From assembly GCA_031286165.1 (NCBI GenBank), contig JAITUU010000005.1:20669-84668 (forward strand): a stretch of 64,000 nucleotides of DNA, written 5' to 3'. The position numbers and the translations under genes are program-made. The notes beneath the pieces are model-generated. The model did not search any database and had not been told where the DNA came from. It saw only the letters and a program-made list of their open reading frames with translations. Source of the stretch: Bacteroidales bacterium. Its GTDB lineage: Bacteria; Bacteroidota; Bacteroidia; Bacteroidales; UBA1715. Positions within the stretch are counted from its first letter, which is position 1. Each line of letters opens with the position of its first letter. Of this stretch, positions 17,569 through 26,752 are shown in pieces.

Positions 17569-19338
17569 ATGGCACACAAAAGTTTACACGCATATATAGA
17601 AGGACTGCGCACACGCGGCGAAGTGATAGAAATTCACGAACGAGTGAATACCGAATTGGAAATCACTGAAATTGCCGACCGATTTTCAAAACAACCGGCG
17701 GCACACAATAAAGCCTTGCTTTTTACCAACACCGGCACACAATTTCCTGTATTTATCAATGGTTTTGGCAGCGAAGGGCGCATGACTATGGCTTTGAGTG
17801 CTTCCGATTTGGAAGAAGCGCAGCGCAGAATCGAATCTCTTTTTTCGCAAGTAATGCAGCCCAAAGAATCACTGTGGGAAAAACTTAAAATGCTACCCTT
17901 GCTTGCAGAACTCAATACATGGCTTCCTAAAAAACAAAACGGCAAAGGTGCGTGTCAAGAGTGCGTAATTGAAAATCCGAATTTATTTGATTTACCAATT
18001 TTGAAATGCTGGCAATACGATGGGGGACGATTCGTAACGCTGCCTATGGTAATTACCGAACACCCCACGCTCGGCGTGCGCAATGTGGGAATGTACCGAA
18101 TGCAGGTAGTAAACGAAACTACTACCGCCATGCACTGGCACGCACACAAAACCGGTGCCAATCACTACGAAGCATACAAAAAACTTGGAAAACGAATGCC
18201 CATTGCCGTTGCATTGGGCGGCGACCCGGCGCACACATTTTCTGCCACCGCTCCCCTGCCCGAAAATATTGACGAATTCATGCTTTCGGGATTTTTGCGC
18301 AGGCAACACGTGGAACTTGTGAAATGCCTCACCAACGATTTATACGTTCCCGCCGATGCCGATTTTATTATAGAAGGCTACGTGGACCCTGCCGAAGAAA
18401 AATTTTTAGAAGGTCCCTTTGGCGACCACACCGGCTTTTATTCGCTGCCCGATTACTATCCGCTTTTTCACGTAACGTGCATTACGCACCGCAAAAATGC
18501 CATATACCCCGCCACCATTGTAGGCATACCGCCTATGGAAGATGCGTGGATAGGCAAAGCAACCGAACGTATATTTTTAGCACCCATTCGCCTGCTTTTA
18601 CTTCCCGAAATGATAGATTACGCAATGCCTTTTGAGGGCGTAGCGCACAATTTGGTAATTGCCAAAATTCGCAAAACCTACGCAGGACAAGCATTTAAGG
18701 TAATGAATACGCTATGGGGGGCAGGGCAAATGATGTTCAACAAATGCCTGATAGTGGTGAGCGAAGAATGTGATATTCACAATCCGCAAGAAGTTCTTGC
18801 TGCTATTCTGCAGCATTGCAGCATTGCTCACGACATTCTCATTTCACAAGGTCCGCTCGATGTGCTCGACCACGCCGCGCCACTCACCGGATTTGGCAGC
18901 AAAATAGGTTTCGATGCCACCGAAAAAACACTTGAACACCGCAATGCACTTTCGCAAACGTATTGCTTACAAGCACAAGATATTCACACGCCATTTGCAG
19001 AAATTGCACCGCAAGCACAAGAAAATTTCACCATTGTGCACGATAACACACTCGAAAGCACTGATTTTGCCAGCATTACATGGCACGTATTGAACAATAT
19101 AGACCCGCAAAACGATTGTACAATCATACATACTTCGCGATTGGTAATAGATGGACGCACAAAAATTCCCACTACCGCAGCGCGCGAATGGCCCACGCCG
19201 GTAGTTTCTCCTCTCGAAATTGTAGAAAGCGTGGATGCGCGTTGGAAAGAATTATTTACTACGCCACTCTTGCCCTCACCTTCGCGCAAATACCAACAAT
19301 TAGTATATACCAACTCTGCGTGGTTTATAAAGAAATAA
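17569..19338 (+). CDS. UbiD-family decarboxylase (menaquinone-biosynthesis decarboxylase-like)
   Basis: GGRFVTLPMVITEHP..GVRNVGMYRMQV...MHWHAHKTGA...GPFGDHTGFYS. I preferred ATG 17569 over the TTG at 17554. Confidence 0.85.
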   Translation: MAHKSLHAYIEGLRTRGEVIEIHERVNTELEITEIADRFSKQPAAHNKALLFTNTGTQFPVFINGFGSEGRMTMALSASDLEEAQRRIESLFSQVMQPKESLWEKLKMLPLLAELNTWLPKKQNGKGACQECVIENPNLFDLPILKCWQYDGGRFVTLPMVITEHPTLGVRNVGMYRMQVVNETTTAMHWHAHKTGANHYEAYKKLGKRMPIAVALGGDPAHTFSATAPLPENIDEFMLSGFLRRQHVELVKCLTNDLYVPADADFIIEGYVDPAEEKFLEGPFGDHTGFYSLPDYYPLFHVTCITHRKNAIYPATIVGIPPMEDAWIGKATERIFLAPIRLLLLPEMIDYAMPFEGVAHNLVIAKIRKTYAGQAFKVMNTLWGAGQMMFNKCLIVVSEECDIHNPQEVLAAILQHCSIAHDILISQGPLDVLDHAAPLTGFGSKIGFDATEKTLEHRNALSQTYCLQAQDIHTPFAEIAPQAQENFTIVHDNTLESTDFASITWHVLNNIDPQNDCTIIHTSRLVIDGRTKIPTTAAREWPTPVVSPLEIVESVDARWKELFTTPLLPSPSRKYQQLVYTNSAWFIKK

Positions 19339-19454
19339 ATAATTCCATCCATATACTATTTTACAAACTGCTTGCGTTATACTCTCGATTGCACAATCAT
19401 ACTATGTGTTTTTAACTATTTATTAACAATGCAACGATTACTACATTAATTTTG

Positions 19455-19462
19455 TATCTTTG
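19455..19462 (+). promoter_or_regulatory. -7 box TAnnTTTG
   Basis: tatctttg, 23 nt upstream of ATG 19486. Confidence 0.55.
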
Positions 19463-19485
19463 CTTTATTTTTTAACAGAAAGTAT

Positions 19486-19995
19486 ATGAAAGGATTAAGA
19501 GTTTTACTTCTATTTTGCGCAGTATTTTTTGCAAGCAACGCGCTCTATGCACAGTACGATGACCAAGACAACAATTCCGGCGGCGGCAAAGCACGAAAAG
19601 AAAAATTCAGAGCACCCAAACAAGAATCGGGAGGCGGAGCAAAAACCCAAGAAAGTAGCAAAAGTAAAGATTCGTTCAAAGACGGCGCGAACAAAAGCAC
19701 GCATTTGAGCAAGCAAGAGCAAGCACGAACAGCGAAAAAAAATGAACGCGACCGCGATAAACGTTACAAAAAACGCCGTTCAGACTTGAACAATAACAAA
19801 ACGGTAAAACGAATGAAAAAATCAGAACGTCATTCGCACCAATCGCAATTACAATCGTCTTCACGAAAAATGAAGCACAAAATGAAAAATCCGCAAGCAC
19901 GCGAAGCCGATAGAAAACAACGCCAAGCAGAAAAACAACAAGAAAAAACGCGCGATTCGCTCACCAGCCGCAAAAAACCCGGCAGTAAAAAATAG
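19486..19995 (+). CDS. secreted, extremely basic low-complexity protein
   Basis: Signal peptide MKGLRVLLLFCAVFFASNALYAQ, then a K/R/S/Q-rich sequence with no hydrophobic core. Confidence 0.6.
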   Translation: MKGLRVLLLFCAVFFASNALYAQYDDQDNNSGGGKARKEKFRAPKQESGGGAKTQESSKSKDSFKDGANKSTHLSKQEQARTAKKNERDRDKRYKKRRSDLNNNKTVKRMKKSERHSHQSQLQSSSRKMKHKMKNPQAREADRKQRQAEKQQEKTRDSLTSRKKPGSKK

Positions 19996-20014
19996 CAAGA
20001 GCGTAGCAATACAA

Positions 20015-20049
20015 AAAACCGTAATAGAAAAATTCTGTTGCGGTTTTTT
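20015..20049 (+). terminator. rho-independent terminator
   Basis: aaaaccgtaa / ttgcggtttt stem (one G-U pair) followed by a T run. Confidence 0.6.
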
Positions 20050-20084
20050 ATTACGCACTCATGCGCTGCTTCCAATAAAATTTC

Positions 20085-20092
20085 TACCTTTG
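20085..20092 (+). promoter_or_regulatory. -7 box TAnnTTTG
   Basis: tacctttg, 25 nt upstream of ATG 20118. Confidence 0.55.
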
Positions 20093-20117
20093 CGCTCCAA
20101 ATTACAAGGCTTTCTCC

Positions 20118-21281
20118 ATGAAAAAACACCTACTACTACTCTGCGTTCTTTTTCTTTCCTCATTTGGTTTTGCGCAGAATAGCAATAGCATAGCCTCGCC
20201 CGACACAACGCAAACATCGCTTTTCAACGCCACAGTAGAACGCACGCTTTCGTTTTTTGAATGGCACGCAGGCAAAACCACCATTTTCACTCTTCCTTCC
20301 TTCGGCTACGACCCTGCAAGCGGTTTCGCTCTTGGAGTGCAGCAAATTATCAACTTTCCCCATCGCGATACCTCTGCCTACAAGCGTTCCACCACTCTTT
20401 TCAATTACATTTCCTACTCCACCAATAATTGGTTCAATATTCGTTCTTCGTTCAACCTCTATTCTCGCAGTGGTTGGGCATTTTATACTCGCGTACAGTA
20501 TCAGCAATCGCCCGATAAATTTTTCGGTATAGGGCAATCGGAGCGCAATCGCAATCCTCAGGCATTCGATATTAAATTATTACAAATACAAGGCAATGCT
20601 TCTCACTCGCTTTTTTGGCACGAATTATTTGCCGGAGTGATTTACGACCTCACCTATGCCGATATTTCCAATGTGCAAATTTCCGAAGATTTTCTTCCCG
20701 AAAATAAACTCGCGGAACAAAAAAACAAAGTCATCTTCGGCATTGGACCTTACATAGCCTACGATAGCCGCGATAATGTACACTTTCCCTCGCGCGGAAA
20801 TTTTATTACCACCGGCGTATTTTTGTACCCCAAATTCAACAGCCGTTCCTACGGATTTGTAAATTATATGCTCGATGCCCGCACCTATATTCCTCTTTAC
20901 AGCAAACAAATACTTGCGCTGCAATTTTTCGCCGGTACAAGTCAAGGCGATATGCCTTTTTACAAACTCTATCAACTTGGTGGCACAGAACGCCTGCGCG
21001 GAATTTCCAATAAATATATGTATATAGATACATATGTGTATTACACCCAAGCCGAACTGCGCCAACACTTATGGGGGAGATTTTCGGCAGTTGCTTTTGG
21101 TGGCGTGGGCAATGCCTTCGGTGATTTCAAAACAATGAACGATTTCGCCATCAAATACATTTACGGCATGGGTGCACGAGTGCAAACCGGCAAACACGAA
21201 AAAATCAACCTGCGCGTGGACTACGCCAGAGCACGGTTCCGCGATTCCGGACTCTATATTACCGTTTCTGAATCATTTTAA
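20118..21281 (+). CDS. Omp85/BamA-family (surface antigen D15-like) outer-membrane barrel
   Basis: Signal peptide; alternating beta-strand pattern; C-terminal ...LRGIS...GGVGNAF...YGMGARV...RVDYA motifs typical of the bacterial surface antigen domain. Confidence 0.65.
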   Translation: MKKHLLLLCVLFLSSFGFAQNSNSIASPDTTQTSLFNATVERTLSFFEWHAGKTTIFTLPSFGYDPASGFALGVQQIINFPHRDTSAYKRSTTLFNYISYSTNNWFNIRSSFNLYSRSGWAFYTRVQYQQSPDKFFGIGQSERNRNPQAFDIKLLQIQGNASHSLFWHELFAGVIYDLTYADISNVQISEDFLPENKLAEQKNKVIFGIGPYIAYDSRDNVHFPSRGNFITTGVFLYPKFNSRSYGFVNYMLDARTYIPLYSKQILALQFFAGTSQGDMPFYKLYQLGGTERLRGISNKYMYIDTYVYYTQAELRQHLWGRFSAVAFGGVGNAFGDFKTMNDFAIKYIYGMGARVQTGKHEKINLRVDYARARFRDSGLYITVSESF

Positions 21282-21286
21282 AAAAA

Positions 21287-21317
21287 ACTCACTACTCACT
21301 ACTCACTACTCACTACT
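21287..21317 (+). repeat. tandem heptamer ACTCACT x4.4
   Basis: Same unit as 4226..4263, between the barrel-gene stop and the trpS promoter. Confidence 0.95.
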
Positions 21318-21323
21318 AATTTG

Positions 21324-21331
21324 TATTTTTG
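21324..21331 (+). promoter_or_regulatory. -7 box TAnnTTTG
   Basis: tatttttg, 15 nt upstream of ATG 21347. Confidence 0.55.
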
Positions 21332-21346
21332 CAAAAACTCTAAAAT

Positions 21347-22342
21347 ATGGAAACAGTATTAAGTGGCATACGCCCCACAGGAAACCTTCATCTCGGTAAT
21401 TATTTTGGCGCATTGCGCAATTTCATAAAAATGCAAAACGAATATAACTGCTATTTTTTTATAGCCGATTATCATTCGCTCACCACACACCCCAACCCCA
21501 AAGATTTACACGGCAACGTGAAACAAGTACTTGCAGAATATTTAGCCGCCGGGCTTGACCCCGAAAAAGCAACGCTCTATATTCAAAGCGATGTGCCCGA
21601 AACAGTGGAACTCTACTTATTTTTGAATATGAACGCTTACATTGGCGAATTGGAACGCTGCACTTCCTTCAAAGATAAAATCCGCCAACACCCCGAAAAT
21701 ATAAATGCCGGACTTTTGACCTATCCTACCCTTATGGCTGCCGACATTCTTATTCACCGCGCGGCGAAAGTACCGGTGGGCAAGGACCAAGAGCAACATT
21801 TAGAAATGACCCGTACTTTCGGTAATCGTTTCAATCGCATGTATGGTGTGGATTATTTTCCCGAACCGCAGGCGTTTAATTTCGGCGAACAGTTGGTCAA
21901 AGTGCCGGGACTGAACGGTGCAGGAAAAATGGGAAAATCCGAAGGCGAGGGCAATGCAATTTATTTGGCAGACGATGCCGAAAATATTCGCAAAAAAGTA
22001 ATGAAGGCAAAAACTGATGCCGGACCAACCGTGCCAAATCAACAAAAACCCGAAGAAATTGAAAACCTGTTTTCACTCATGCGCATAGTTTCCGCACCCG
22101 ATACCGTGCAACATTTCAATAACTTATACAATACCTGCGCCATTCGCTATGGCGACATGAAAAAACAATTAGCCGAAGATATGATTACTTTTGTGGCACC
22201 GTTCAGTGAACGCATTAAAGAAATTTCAGCCGATGAAGTTTATTTGCAAAAAGTGGCTCGCATAGGTGCCGAAAAAGCACGCGAAAGTGCCTCGAAAACC
22301 ATACGCGAAGTGCGCGAAATTATAGGATTCAAAAAATTCTAA
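21347..22342 (+). CDS. trpS: tryptophan--tRNA ligase
   Basis: GIRPTGNLHLGNYFGA (HIGH region) and KMGKS (KMSKS region); 331 aa. Confidence 0.95.
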   Translation: METVLSGIRPTGNLHLGNYFGALRNFIKMQNEYNCYFFIADYHSLTTHPNPKDLHGNVKQVLAEYLAAGLDPEKATLYIQSDVPETVELYLFLNMNAYIGELERCTSFKDKIRQHPENINAGLLTYPTLMAADILIHRAAKVPVGKDQEQHLEMTRTFGNRFNRMYGVDYFPEPQAFNFGEQLVKVPGLNGAGKMGKSEGEGNAIYLADDAENIRKKVMKAKTDAGPTVPNQQKPEEIENLFSLMRIVSAPDTVQHFNNLYNTCAIRYGDMKKQLAEDMITFVAPFSERIKEISADEVYLQKVARIGAEKARESASKTIREVREIIGFKKF

Positions 22343-22363
22343 CATACACCGTACTGTTTAAAC

Positions 22364-22396
22364 AAAAAAAGCAATGATTACATCACTGCTTTTTTT
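22364..22396. terminator. bidirectional hairpin terminator
   Basis: agcaatgat / atcactgct stem (1 mismatch) flanked by A7 and T6, between convergent genes. Confidence 0.6.
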
Positions 22397-22414
22397 ATTT
22401 TGTTTTGCATACAA

Positions 22415-24886
22415 TTAATTATCATCGTACTCATCATATTCGTCTTCTTCGGGCGCAGGAGCAGGAGTTTTACTCGCCGGCGCAGGAGTTGTAACTTCTT
22501 GCACTTCTTCTATTTCATACTCATCTTCGTAGTCCACCGTAGTTTGTTTTGTTTCCTTGTTTCCTTGTTGCGTTGATTGTTGTTGTACCTGCGTTTGAGT
22601 AGTTCGAGTTTCAAACACCGAATTTTGCACATTTGCATTTTGCGAAGTTGTTGCCTTCTCTTCCACTTCTTGAATTTGCACATTGGTTTCAGTTTGCGGT
22701 TTTGCCATGCGTGGTTCCGCAGGCGAAGTAGGAGTGGCAGATGTTCCATTTCCATTGTTATTGAACATCACCGGTTCGTCTAAATTATATTCAGGACTTT
22801 CGTTGTAATCGCGCGACACAGGAATTTGCTGGCGAGCACGCTGGCGGCGCACATTGTTCAATTCATCTTCCACAGGACGTTTATTCACCATAATTTCCGA
22901 ACGAATTTCGTTCAATAGATTTTCTTTTTCGGCAATATCTACCGCCACAATTTCTATTTTACGTTGCGAAGATGCCACAGGACTATACACCGATTTCCAT
23001 CGTTGAGTGCGGTCGTTGAGCGCGGCGCGGTCGGCTTCCGAAGCGTATGGCAAAATTGCCTCATCGGTCAAAGAACCAATCGGTTTTTCCAAGAAAGTCA
23101 AACTTCCTTTTCCGGTGTTCGGTTCGTTTTGCGTGTATTTCACCAGTGCGCCGTTATTGTATTCATTGAAATAATTCATCAAACACGAAATACGGCGTTT
23201 TGCCAAAATCTCGTTGTACTCGGTTTCCCCCACCGGACTTGCGTATCCTTTCAGTGCTATCACAATATCAAGTCCGTCATCGCACAAAATATTTACCAAC
23301 TGCGTGAAGAGTTCCAAATTTGCATACTCTTTGCGAGCCTCAGCAAAGAAATCTTCTACCATGCGCACATCGCGATTGAAGGTTTCCATAGAAGAAAACT
23401 GCGTAAATCCGAAAATAAAATTATTGCGTTGCAACATATAATTGCGGAACAATCGTGAATATTCATCAGTTGTAACAGAATCGCGCGAACGCGGATTTGG
23501 GAAGTCATTGTCGAAATACAATGTAATAGGTATCAAATCGGAAATGCGCGAAATAGTTTTTTTCTGCAAGGTATGATAGTATATATCGTTTGCATTGGCT
23601 ATGCCGAGCAATTTCGTAGATTCATTTCGATTGGAAACCCAATAGGCACGCAAAGAATCGCGTGAATAAGAATAGTACAAATCGTTGTAACTCGAATTAA
23701 TTGGTTGCCCCACATTTGAAACTTTCGCAAATTTATTGTTGCGCATATCTACTTTCGATGCAAACACATCGAATCCACCAAGTCCTGCGTGCCATTCGCT
23801 ACTAAAAAAGAGCAAGGAATCGCGAGCATCATAGAATGGCGTAATTTCATCGCCCGGCGTGTTAATATTCGTGCCACAGTTGCGCGGATTTTCAAAACTA
23901 TAATTTGCCGGATTGATACGCGCATACCAAATATCCCAACCGCCTTTACCATCGGTTCTATCCGATGACCAGAACAACACTTCGCCCTGTGGCGTAACTG
24001 CTAAATGCGGTGTAGTATTACTACTTCCGGGTTTATTGATACGAGTGGGTAATTTTTCGGTGTTCGAGAATTGTCCTTTCTTTACTTCGAATTGCGCTGT
24101 GTATATTGCACAATCGTAAGCGGCACATTTTGTGAAATATACCCGTTTGCCATCTCCCGAAAAGGTAAGATTTCCGGCAAACATTTCAGGGTCGTTCAGC
24201 GAATCGAGCACCACAGGATTCGACCATAGGGAATCTTTCACGTAAGAACGCGAAATTTTTGTGAGATAATTGGAAAATACCAAGGAAGTATCTGCCAATC
24301 GCTGGTCTAAGGCTTGTACTGCGCCGTAGAAAAACAACGAATCGTTGTACTGCACCGGTGCGTATTCCGAATACATGGTATTAATTCTGCTATTATCTAT
24401 GCGATGTTGCTTAATATCTTGCGTAGGAATATTTTTCACCGTACTCGAATTAATAATCGCCTCTTGCTGTGCTCTCACGGTAAAATAATCGTTGTAATTA
24501 CGATTTGCCATATAAAATTGGTCGAAAGCATAGGCTGCATCGGCATATTTTCCTTGCATTTTAAGTAAATCGGCTATCCAAAAACTCGCCAAACGAAAAG
24601 TTACTGAATCTAACGAATTGGTCAAACGGTAGTATTTTTCGGCATCTACATAATTTTGATATTTGCGGCAGGCTTCGGCACAGTTAAACGCCACTTCGGC
24701 ATTTTGCACAAATTCCAACGCTTTTGAAAGTGCTTGATGCGCACCAAAATAATTGCGTTCTGCCAAACAACTATCGCCGGCTGCTTTGTAGGCATCGAAA
24801 AATTGTTTTTTTGTTTGTGCAAAACCGCAATTCAAACACAACATAAAACACAGAGTAGCAATACAATATAAAAATATTTTTCTCAT
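22415..24886 (-). CDS. OmpA-family protein with TPR, PD40/TolB-like repeats, OmpA-like domain and long acidic low-complexity tail
   Basis: Same architecture as 6316..8331. The last ~150 aa are Q/T/E/P-rich and end EEDEYDEYDDN. It starts 18 nt downstream of the PorP/SprF gene. Confidence 0.8.
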   Translation of the reverse strand: MRKIFLYCIATLCFMLCLNCGFAQTKKQFFDAYKAAGDSCLAERNYFGAHQALSKALEFVQNAEVAFNCAEACRKYQNYVDAEKYYRLTNSLDSVTFRLASFWIADLLKMQGKYADAAYAFDQFYMANRNYNDYFTVRAQQEAIINSSTVKNIPTQDIKQHRIDNSRINTMYSEYAPVQYNDSLFFYGAVQALDQRLADTSLVFSNYLTKISRSYVKDSLWSNPVVLDSLNDPEMFAGNLTFSGDGKRVYFTKCAAYDCAIYTAQFEVKKGQFSNTEKLPTRINKPGSSNTTPHLAVTPQGEVLFWSSDRTDGKGGWDIWYARINPANYSFENPRNCGTNINTPGDEITPFYDARDSLLFFSSEWHAGLGGFDVFASKVDMRNNKFAKVSNVGQPINSSYNDLYYSYSRDSLRAYWVSNRNESTKLLGIANANDIYYHTLQKKTISRISDLIPITLYFDNDFPNPRSRDSVTTDEYSRLFRNYMLQRNNFIFGFTQFSSMETFNRDVRMVEDFFAEARKEYANLELFTQLVNILCDDGLDIVIALKGYASPVGETEYNEILAKRRISCLMNYFNEYNNGALVKYTQNEPNTGKGSLTFLEKPIGSLTDEAILPYASEADRAALNDRTQRWKSVYSPVASSQRKIEIVAVDIAEKENLLNEIRSEIMVNKRPVEDELNNVRRQRARQQIPVSRDYNESPEYNLDEPVMFNNNGNGTSATPTSPAEPRMAKPQTETNVQIQEVEEKATTSQNANVQNSVFETRTTQTQVQQQSTQQGNKETKQTTVDYEDEYEIEEVQEVTTPAPASKTPAPAPEEDEYDEYDDN

Positions 24887-24904
24887 ACAATTAATTTTTG
24901 CGAT

Positions 24905-25954
24905 TTACCTGAAAGGGTCGTTAATAATACCTTGTCGGACAACTCGTATTGGAGATTTACAATTCATCAAGCGAATTGAGATTTCAAAACTATCGGAGCG
25001 CACGTTTTGACCCGAAGTCCATTTGTTTGAACTTCTAAAATCGGAAACAGTGAGGTCATAATTGATACCAAAATTCAAAAGCCAATCGTTGCCCAGCAAT
25101 TTATCTGCCGAAAGTCCGAATATCACCGCATCGTCCCAGCGATACCACACTCCCACGTAGGCTGCTTCTATAATATGCGTTACGTGTGCCAAGTTGTATT
25201 TAAAATACGTACCAAAATTCAACTGATTATAGCGATGTTGCTGTATGTATATCAACGATGGCAAAAACGACATTATTGTATTCACCGGCACTACTGCATT
25301 GGAATTTACCGAAAATCGGCGATAATTACTTACGGAATTATCCTGCAATCCGCCGCCATTTTCCAAAAGTCGCTTCATGGCAAATCCTAAATTGACAGGA
25401 AAATTTTCGTTTACCATATATTTGGCATTCACGCCGGCACCCAAATCCCAATAAAATTGCGAGGTATTTTCCATATCGCTACCGCCGTAAATAGTTTCGC
25501 CCGTAATAGGGTCTATGTGGCTGCCACTCACAGCATTTGCTTCATTGAAACTATTGTAATTGAACATAGCCGCCAAACCCACTGAAAGCGTGAGTTTACT
25601 CGGAATAGCCTCGAAATGATATGCCGGTGTAAGTTCGCCCAACACGTTTCCATAGGAAAGCGCACCGGAATAATCGGCATTCACAAATCCGCCCAAACCA
25701 AACTGACTGCGAGCAGTAGCAAGGCGCGAAAGTTTTTGGTCGTAGGAAAGCATGGCAGAATTGTAGGTTGCCCACTGTGTTTTAAAATTCCCTATAATGC
25801 GGTTGTTACAATCTATCAATCCTGCAAGAGCAGGGTTAAAATAAGTCGGAGCCGCGTCAAACTGCGAAAAATGCACATCTTGCGAATGTACCCGCATGGC
25901 AAACGCGCCCAAAAGTAGTATAGAGATAAGTGCTTTTTTGTATATTTTTATCAT
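24905..25954 (-). CDS. PorP/SprF-family type IX secretion membrane protein
   Basis: MIKIYKKALISILLLGAFAMRVHSQDVHFSQFDAAPTYFNPALAG is the family-typical N-terminus. I set the start at ATG 25954 because the track start 25999 lies inside the -7 box. Confidence 0.8.
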   Translation of the reverse strand: MIKIYKKALISILLLGAFAMRVHSQDVHFSQFDAAPTYFNPALAGLIDCNNRIIGNFKTQWATYNSAMLSYDQKLSRLATARSQFGLGGFVNADYSGALSYGNVLGELTPAYHFEAIPSKLTLSVGLAAMFNYNSFNEANAVSGSHIDPITGETIYGGSDMENTSQFYWDLGAGVNAKYMVNENFPVNLGFAMKRLLENGGGLQDNSVSNYRRFSVNSNAVVPVNTIMSFLPSLIYIQQHRYNQLNFGTYFKYNLAHVTHIIEAAYVGVWYRWDDAVIFGLSADKLLGNDWLLNFGINYDLTVSDFRSSNKWTSGQNVRSDSFEISIRLMNCKSPIRVVRQGIINDPFR

Positions 25955-25996
25955 GCAGCAACTTTTTTGGTAATGTTCTTTCAAAATTGTTAAGTG

Positions 25997-26004
25997 CAAA
26001 CATA
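25997..26004 (-). promoter_or_regulatory. -7 box TAnnTTTG
   Basis: The minus strand reads tatgtttg, 42 nt upstream of ATG 25954. Confidence 0.5.
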
Positions 26005-26110
26005 CTACATATTATCTGTGTTTGCAAATGTTTTCGCATAAATTACACACAAAATACTAACACTTTTTTATTTCTGCATTATTTTTACCTTTGGTTTTAA
26101 AAAATACCAC

Positions 26111-26118
26111 TATTTTTG
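26111..26118 (+). promoter_or_regulatory. -7 box TAnnTTTG
   Basis: tatttttg, 31 nt upstream of ATG 26150. Confidence 0.55.
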
Positions 26119-26149
26119 CACTTTACAATTACTAAATAGAAAATGTTAT

Positions 26150-26752
26150 ATGTGGGTTGTTTGTTCAGATTTGGAAGGTGTGTTTGTGCCCGAAGTGTGG
26201 ATTAATGTTGCAAAAAAAACCGGTATTGAAGCCCTGCGCCTCACCACGCGCGATATTCAAAACTACGACGAGTTGATGCAATATCGCTTAAAAATTTTAG
26301 ACGAGAAAAACCTAAAACTTCATGATATTCAAGAAGTTATAGCACAAATCAAACCTCTTGATGGTGCATTGGAATTTTCAAAATGGTTGCGCGAAGTAAG
26401 TCGATTTGTGATTGTTTCCGACACCTTTGTAGAATTTGCACAACCGCTCATGGCGCAGTTGGACTATCCGTTTTTACTCTGTCACTCGTTAGTAACAGAC
26501 GAAAGCAACCGCATTATAGATTACACCCTGCGTCAAAGCGACCCGAAGCGCAAAACAGTAGAGGCGTTTCAAAGTTTGGCATATAAAGTAATTGCCTTTG
26601 GCGATTCATACAACGATATTTCTATGCTCAAAGCCGCCGAAGTGGGAATTTTATACTGCCCGCCGGCAAATGTAGTAGCCGACTACCCCGAACTTCCGGT
26701 GGCTTACAACTACACCGAATTGCGTGCAATACTCGAAAAATACATTCTCTAA
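26150..26752 (+). CDS. thrH: phosphoserine phosphatase / homoserine phosphotransferase (HAD family, ThrH type)
   Basis: CSDLEGVFVPEVWINVAKKTGIEALRLTTRDIQNYDELMQYRLKILDE...DPKRKTVEAF...GDSYNDISML closely follows the Pseudomonas ThrH sequence pattern as I remember it. Confidence 0.8.
   Translation: MWVVCSDLEGVFVPEVWINVAKKTGIEALRLTTRDIQNYDELMQYRLKILDEKNLKLHDIQEVIAQIKPLDGALEFSKWLREVSRFVIVSDTFVEFAQPLMAQLDYPFLLCHSLVTDESNRIIDYTLRQSDPKRKTVEAFQSLAYKVIAFGDSYNDISMLKAAEVGILYCPPANVVADYPELPVAYNYTELRAILEKYIL

Noticed and set aside
26101-26108. AAAATACC half-site next to the thrH -7 box, considered as a third copy of the sulfur-operon operator.
   Set aside because: Only one arm is present, with no GGTATT partner at N8, and the spacing to the box differs. 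It is probably chance.
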